In this document: piece by piece, positions 46,955 to 52,328 of the stretch
How the letters are laid out: every line of letters starts with the position of its first letter
How positions within the stretch are numbered: position 1 is the first letter of the stretch
Source: Thermomicrobiales bacterium
Lineage (GTDB): Bacteria > Chloroflexota > Chloroflexia > Thermomicrobiales > CADCWN01
Direction of reading: 5' to 3'
Assembly (NCBI GenBank): GCA_030446685.1
Contig: JAUJMV010000033.1
Coordinates: 1-52,328, forward strand
DNA length: 52,328 nucleotides
Notes under the pieces: generated by a model
Told to the model about the DNA's origin: nothing
Seen by the model: only the letters and a program-made list of their open reading frames with translations
Database searches by the model: none
Program-made: the position numbers and the translations under genes

Positions 46955-49018
46955 CTACCGCACGAACGCCGCCGGCACGCCGCCGTCCACCGTGATCATG
47001 CAGCCGGTCGTCTTCGCCGCGCGCGACGAGGCGAGGAAGGCGATCGCCTCGGCGATGTCGTCCGGGGTCACGTTGACGCCGAGCGTGGTGCGCTTGCGGT
47101 AGAACTCCTCCAGTTCGTCGGGGGCGATGCCGTAGGCGGCGGCGCGCTCCTCCCGCCAGCGCCCGCTCCAGATCGCCGAGCCCTGGAGGACGGCGTCCGG
47201 CAGCACCGAGTTGACCCGGATGCCCACCGGGCCCCCCTCGACCGCCAGGCAGCGCGCCAGGTGCGCCTCGGCCGCCTTGGCGGCGCTGTAGGCCGCGGCG
47301 TCCTTGCCGGCGTAGACCGCGTTCTTCGAGGTGACGAAGACCATGTTGCCGCCGCGCCCCTGCTCCTTGAGGAGGCGGAACGCCTCGCGCGCGACCAGGA
47401 AGTAGCCGGTCGCCAGCACGTCGAAGTTGCGGCGCCACTCCGCCAGCGTCGTCTGGTCGATCGGGCTGGAGGTGGCGAGGCCGGCGTTGTTGACGACCAG
47501 GTCCACGCCGCCGTAGGCCAGGATCGCCTCCCGCAGCGCCGCCGCGACCGCCGCCTCATCGGTCACGTCGAGCGCCACCGCCGTCGCCCGCCCCGCGCCG
47601 AACTCGGCGTCGATCGCCTCCGCCACCCGCCGCGCGCCGTCCAGGTTGATGTCGGCGACGACGACGTGTCCCCCCTGCGCGACGAAGCGCCGGCAGGTCG
47701 CCCCGCCGATCCCGCCCGCCCCGCCGGTGACGAACCCGACCTGGCGGGAGAACTCCGCCTCGGGCGGCAGCAGGCTCAGCTTGTAGAGTTCGAGCGGCCA
47801 GTACTCGATCGCGTAGGATTCCGCCTCGTCGAGCGAGACGAACCGGCCGAGGGCGGTCGCCCCGCGCATCACGGCGATCGCGCGATGATAGAGCGCGCCG
47901 CTCACCCCGGCCAGGGTCGCGGAGCGGCCGGTGGTGACCATCCCCACGCCGGGGATCAGGATCACGCGCGGCGCGGGGTCGGCCGGCTCGTCGCCCTCCC
48001 GGCGGTTGCGCGCGAAGTAGGCGCGGTACTCCTCCCCGTAGGCGGCGATCCCCGCCCGCAGCCGCTCGATCAGGGCCGCGACATTGCCGCCCGCGGGGTC
48101 CCACTCGACGTAGAGCGGCGTGCGCTTGGTATGGACGAGGTGGTCCGGGCAGGCCGCGCCGACCGCCGCCAGCCGGGGCGCGTCGCGGCTGTTGACGAAC
48201 GCCAGCACGTCGTCGGCGTCGTCGTGGGCGAGGATGTGCCGCCGTTCCGCGCTCACCGCGCCACGGATCACCGGCAGGACGCGCGCCAGGATCGCCCGCC
48301 GCTCGTCCGGCGGCAGGGCCTCGTAGCGCGCACCGCCGAAGGGCGCGCCGTCCGCCGCGCGGCGGGCGATCCGCGCCTCGGCCTCGTTGATGACCCGGAT
48401 GGTGTTGGCGTAGCACTCCGCGGAGGTCGCGCCCCAGGTGACCAGGCCGTGCTTCTCCATCAGCACCAGCTCGGCGCGCGGGTTGGCCGCCACGCCCTCG
48501 GCGATCAGTTTCGAGAGGGTGAAGCCGGGGCGCACGTAGGGCACCCAGACGCAGCGGTCCCCCCAGATCTCCGCGGCGACCGCCCGCCCCCCCTCGGCGC
48601 AGCAGATGGCGATGATCGCGTCGGGGTGGGTGTGGTCGACGTGCGGGAAGGGGAGGAAGGCGTGCAGCAGCGTCTCGATCGAGGGGCGCGGCCCCCCGCT
48701 GTCGAGCTGGCAGTGCGCCAGGTAGGCGACCATCTCCTCGTCGGGCAGCGCCTCGCGCGCGAGGAGCGGGCGCATGTCGTCCAGGCGCAGGGCGGCGAAC
48801 CCGCGCGGCCCGATCGTCGCCAGGTCCGACCCGCTCCCCTTGACCCACATGGTCTTGACCGGGCGCCCCCGGAAGTCGGTCTCGACCGTCTTGGCCGAGG
48901 TGTTGCCCCCGCCCCAGTTCGCGACGCTGCGATCCGCCCCCAAGAGATTGGAGCGGTAGACCAGCGCGTCGAGTCCTTCGCCCTGCTCCGCTCCCCGATC
49001 CCAGCGGTTCTCGACCAT
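46955..49018 (-). CDS. Bifunctional rhamnulose-1-phosphate aldolase/short-chain dehydrogenase (RhaEW/YuxG-type)
   Basis: YRSNLLG, GGGNTSAK, VKGSG.DL, PSIETLLH, DHTHPD, CPDH, EYWPLE..KL, then an SDR with TGGAGGIG and YSAAK. Confidence 0.93.
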   Translation of the reverse strand: MVENRWDRGAEQGEGLDALVYRSNLLGADRSVANWGGGNTSAKTVETDFRGRPVKTMWVKGSGSDLATIGPRGFAALRLDDMRPLLAREALPDEEMVAYLAHCQLDSGGPRPSIETLLHAFLPFPHVDHTHPDAIIAICCAEGGRAVAAEIWGDRCVWVPYVRPGFTLSKLIAEGVAANPRAELVLMEKHGLVTWGATSAECYANTIRVINEAEARIARRAADGAPFGGARYEALPPDERRAILARVLPVIRGAVSAERRHILAHDDADDVLAFVNSRDAPRLAAVGAACPDHLVHTKRTPLYVEWDPAGGNVAALIERLRAGIAAYGEEYRAYFARNRREGDEPADPAPRVILIPGVGMVTTGRSATLAGVSGALYHRAIAVMRGATALGRFVSLDEAESYAIEYWPLELYKLSLLPPEAEFSRQVGFVTGGAGGIGGATCRRFVAQGGHVVVADINLDGARRVAEAIDAEFGAGRATAVALDVTDEAAVAAALREAILAYGGVDLVVNNAGLATSSPIDQTTLAEWRRNFDVLATGYFLVAREAFRLLKEQGRGGNMVFVTSKNAVYAGKDAAAYSAAKAAEAHLARCLAVEGGPVGIRVNSVLPDAVLQGSAIWSGRWREERAAAYGIAPDELEEFYRKRTTLGVNVTPDDIAEAIAFLASSRAAKTTGCMITVDGGVPAAFVR

Positions 49019-49180
49019 CGGCTCCCCCTCCCTGTGTCCCAGCCGGCGGGCTGTGCGGCGGGCGCGTCGCCCGCTTGGCAAACGCGCCGCGCACAGTCTA
49101 CCCGATCCCGCCCGTGCCGGGACCGGGGGCGGGGTCGGGCACACCTCCTCTCGAGGTGCGCCCGCCCTTGACTCGTATCG

Positions 49181-50435
49181 TCACGCCGCGCGGGCGCGCA
49201 CCTCGACCGGTGCCGGGGTGTCGGCGAGCCGCCACAACGGCGCGAGCGCCAGCGTGGCGAGGAGCAGGCCGAGCCCGGCGACGACCAGCGTCGGCCGCGG
49301 CCCGAGCCACTCGCCGAGGAGCCCACCCAGGAGCGCCCCGAGCGCAGCGTCCCCCAGGTGAGGCGCAGGCTGGCGGCCACGCGGCCTTGCAGGGGCGCTG
49401 GGGTGACGGCCTGGCGCAGACTCGTCGCGCCGATGGTGTACACCACCCGCGCCGCCCCCCACAGCAGGTGCGCCGCGACGAGCAGGGCGATGGAGGCCGC
49501 GCCCGTCCCGCCCGCCGCCGGGACGAGCGCCCGAGCCCCATCAGCGCCTGGGCGCCGATGAGGGTCGGCCCAAGCCCCGCGCGACGGGTGACCCGATCCG
49601 CCAGGAGCGCGCGGGTAGGCCGCTCGCGCTGCCGACGGCCAGGATCGCCCCCTGGAGCGCCGGCGCCAGGGCGAGATCGCGCGCGAGGTAGACCAGGACC
49701 ACGGCCGCGTGCAGGGCGTAGGCGAGGTTGGCCAGCGCGCTGCACGTCGCGAGGGCGCGCAGGGTCGGTGTCACGCCCACCAGCCGTAGCCCGTCGCCAA
49801 TCGCCCGACGGAGGGGCCGATGCTCTCCGGGCGGGGCGGCATTGGCTCGGGCGCGCGAATGCGGCCGACGAGGAGCGCCGAGGCCAGGAACGAGAGCGCG
49901 TCGACGACGAGGGCGAGGGGGCCGTCGCGAGCTGCACCAGGCCGCCCGCCAGCCCCGGCCCGGCGATCTGCGCGAGCGCGGCGCTCGCCTGGAGCTTGCT
50001 GTTCCCCTCGACGAGGTGCGCCCGGCCGATCAGCGTCGGCAGGTAGGCCGACCAGGCGACGTCGTAGAGGACGGTCAGGCCGCCGGTCAGGAGCGCCACG
50101 GCGTAGAGCTGCGCGAGGGACAGCCGCCCGAGCGCGGCGGCCAGGGGGATCGAGCCGAGCAGGGCGAGGCGGCCGAAGTCGGCGGCGATGAGGAGCGGGC
50201 GCCGCCGCAGCCGGTCGACCCACGCGCCCGCGAGGGGGCTGAGCAGCAGGTTCGGCAGGAATTGGAGCGCCACCAGCGCGCCCATCTGCGCCGGCGTGGC
50301 CGCCAGCGTCAGCACCGCCGCCAGCGGCAGCGCCAGGACGGTGACCTGGGAGCCGAACTGGGAGATGGTCTGGCCGGCCCAGAGCCGGAGGAAGTCGGGA
50401 TGCCGCCAGAGATCGCCGAACCGGGCGCACCCCAC
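49181..50435 (-). CDS. MFS transporter (MefA/EntS-like H+ antiporter), multiple frameshifts
   Basis: DFLRLWAGQTISQFGSQVT.LALP, GAWVDRLRRR, LRQAVTP..LQGRV, GGLLGEWLG.RPTL. Confidence 0.85.
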
Positions 50436-50459
50436 TCTCCTTTCGCGGCTCCTTGCCCG

Positions 50460-50678
50460 AAAAGAGGGAACGGCGAAGGAAGCCGCTCTCCCTACCGCCA
50501 AGGGAAAGGCTTCCCCACCGTCCACGAACTGCCCGGTGGCCCCGCGCCGATCGGTCTCGCCCGAGAGGGAAGCGCCCTTCCCCCTGGGCTATGAACACCC
50601 CCGCCAGCGGGGGTGGAGTGCAGACACGCGGGTTGCGTTGTCGGAGCAGACTTTATCGTCCCGCCGCAGATCAGTCAA
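50460..50678 (-). promoter_or_regulatory. Promoter and candidate attenuator leader of the MFS gene
   Basis: TTGACT-N17-TAAAGT (50678-50650); uORF 50627-50589; long hairpin 50470-50521 followed by TCCCTCTTTT. Confidence 0.5.
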
Positions 50679-50717
50679 CTGCAACGGACTTCAGCGCCAT
50701 TCGCCGGCAGTATCAGA

Positions 50718-51548
50718 TCATGAGCGGTATGTGGCGGACCTCACGCCGCGCGCGCGCGTTAGGCTGGCGAGGCGGGGGAAGAGGCCGAGCTGGATCGCGG
50801 CGGCGGTCCAGTCGGCCGAGGCGCGCACCTCGACGACCGCGCCCCCGGCGACCCGCGCGCCTTGGTCCCAGGCGATCGCCCGGCCGGTGGGGGCGTGGCC
50901 GAAGAGCGCGCCGCCGTGCGTGCCGCGCAGCGTCGCGCGCGTGCCGACCAGGTCGCCCTCGGCGATTTGGCCGACGAGTGTGAAGGCGAGGTCGGGGAAG
51001 GCGGCGGCGCGGCGAACTCCGCCCGCAACGGCCGGCGTCGATGTGGCCCGCCGCCGCGGCCTCGTCGCCCCGGCCCAGCGCCGCGCTTGCGCGCCGCCGC
51101 CGGCATCTCCGGGGCCGCATAGTGGCCTTGCGCCAGTGGGCGCGGGTCGCGCGGGGCCAGGCGGCGCGCCGGGCGCGCCGATCCGCCGCAGCACGTCCGG
51201 CCAGGTCGTGGTGCTGTTGTGCTCGATCACGATGCCGTCGAGCACCCGGTCCAGGCTGAACCCTTCGAGGGTGACCCGCCTGCCGGTCGGGGCGATGCCG
51301 GCGAAGGGGCCGGCGTGGGTCAGCCCCACCGCGCCGTAGGTGAAGACCCGGTCACCCTCCGCGATCTGCCGCCAGGGGACGGTCGTGCGCCAGTCGGCGA
51401 ACGCCAGTCGCGACGGCGGGATGACCTGGCGCGTCTCCCAGAAGCCGGGGTGGTCGTCGAGCGCCTCCAGAAGGCGCCCCGCGTTGATCGCCTCGAAGGC
51501 CTCGCGGATGACCGCCTTGTTCGCCGCGGTCGCGCTCGCGGTCGTCAT
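50718..51548 (-). CDS. Ester cyclase (SnoaL-like), tandem two-domain
   Basis: ANKAVIR..F; two repeats of AF.D...IAEGD.V.......GTH.G...G.APTGR. Confidence 0.82.
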   Translation of the reverse strand: MTTASATAANKAVIREAFEAINAGRLLEALDDHPGFWETRQVIPPSRLAFADWRTTVPWRQIAEGDRVFTYGAVGLTHAGPFAGIAPTGRRVTLEGFSLDRVLDGIVIEHNSTTTWPDVLRRIGAPGAPPGPARPAPTGARPLCGPGDAGGGAQARRWAGATRPRRRATSTPAVAGGVRRAAAFPDLAFTLVGQIAEGDLVGTRATLRGTHGGALFGHAPTGRAIAWDQGARVAGGAVVEVRASADWTAAAIQLGLFPRLASLTRARGVRSATYRS

Positions 51549-51795
51549 ACCCGCCCCTCCCTGCGCATCGTGCGTCCTGCCCTGCCACTTCCCCGGCCGG
51601 GGTCGCGGGTGCGGAGCTCACCAGCCGCGGCGGCGTCGGCGGGGGGCAGGGCCGGCACGCCGTCCCATCTTCGAGGGTGCCCCTTGTGCCGCCGGCGCCA
51701 TGCGCGCCGGCAGGGACCGCTGTAGGAGATGCGGGTCTACCCGATTTGTCTACAAGATGTTTGATATAAAGGAACAAGGGAGGGCTACACGGCGA

Positions 51796-52328
51796 TCAGG
51801 GCCGGTTCGACGGCCGTTCCGGCGCTGGGCGCCTCGGCGAGCGCGTGGGCGCTCGCCAGTTCGGCGGCCAGCGCCGACGCTTCCACGCCCGCGGCGAGAG
51901 CGCCTGCCCGGCGGCGTGGGCCGTCGCCCAGCCCGCGGCGCCCAGCGCGGCGCGCGCGGTCGCGGCGGTCTCCGCGACGGCGGGGCGATCGGGCGGCGGG
52001 AGCGCCGCCCCGGGCCCGCGATAGAGCGCCACCGCCGCGGTCAGGTGGTCAAGCCGCCGCTCGCGGAGACCGGCGGCAGTCGCCGCCGCGGCTATCGCCG
52101 TGTCGGGTTGGGCCAGCGCGGGGTCCAAACTGACCGCGCCGTCCGCGGTCACCAGGGCCTCGGGGGCGGGCAGGGCGCGCCGCAGGTGGTTCAGCAGCAC
52201 GACGAGGTTGCGGCGCGCGGTGGCGTCGGGGGTGTCTGGCCAGAAGAGGAAGCACAGTTCGTCGCGCGGCACCGGCCGGGTCGCCGCCGCGAGCCGGTAG
52301 AGCAGCGCGCGCGACTGCCGGCGGGGCA
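51796..52328 (-). CDS. SARP/BTAD-type transcriptional regulator fragment (5' end outside window, apparently internally deleted)
   Basis: RALLYRLA....PVPRDEL..LFWPD.....ARRNL...L..LRRAL, AVALYRGP. Confidence 0.7.
   Translation of the reverse strand, partial: PRRQSRALLYRLAAATRPVPRDELCFLFWPDTPDATARRNLVVLLNHLRRALPAPEALVTADGAVSLDPALAQPDTAIAAAATAAGLRERRLDHLTAAVALYRGPGAALPPPDRPAVAETAATARAALGAAGWATAHAAGQALSPRAWKRRRWPPNWRAPTRSPRRPAPERPSNRP

Noticed and set aside
10331-50435. Frameshifts in lysC, ComQ-like, deacetylase, pentapeptide, both MFS and quinone oxidoreductase genes as pseudogenes or programmed frameshifts
   Set aside because: They are numerous, hit housekeeping genes, fall in GC-rich runs and come without in-frame stops or slippery motifs, so long-read indel errors are the simplest explanation; read polishing would decide.
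51730-51775. GTCTAC direct repeats as SARP binding sites
   Set aside because: Irregular spacing (13 then 11 bp) and only two good copies.

Overview
Very GC-rich bacterial chromosomal window, most genes on the minus strand. The gene styles (archaeal-like Asd, DarA/PstA, CHRD, DUF433/DUF5615 TA pair, ComQ-like prenyltransferase) suggest Chloroflexota/Thermomicrobia, which is an inference. Many genes carry 1-bp frameshifts that look like long-read indel errors. Contents in order: a uronate/sugar catabolic run (uxaC, SDR, LarA-family protein, sulfatase, methyltransferase, rhamnose mutarotase); a lysC-asd-hom operon with two inserted genes and a leaderless Thr-rich leader-peptide attenuator; CHRD, DinB, NarL-type regulator and HAD genes; a small Trp-containing peptide gene followed by a ComQ-like isoprenyl transferase (candidate prenylated-peptide signalling/RiPP system); DsbA/FrnE, site-2 protease, DarA and ArsR genes; a candidate ~325-nt structured ncRNA; thioesterase, ABC exporter, GNAT-PIG-L deacetylase fusion, M24 peptidase, GT39; polA with a downstream TA module; an IS630 HTH remnant; VapBC with a WYL-like gene; secreted proteins; an enolase-family dehydratase and SGNH hydrolase; an MFS-quinone oxidoreductase-reductase operon with twin operators; a rhamnulose-1-P aldolase/dehydrogenase; an MFS with a candidate attenuator; an ester cyclase; and a truncated SARP/BTAD regulator. 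Several families of intergenic inverted repeats occur. No rRNA, tRNA or CRISPR array was seen. All family assignments come from motif recognition by eye, not database searches.
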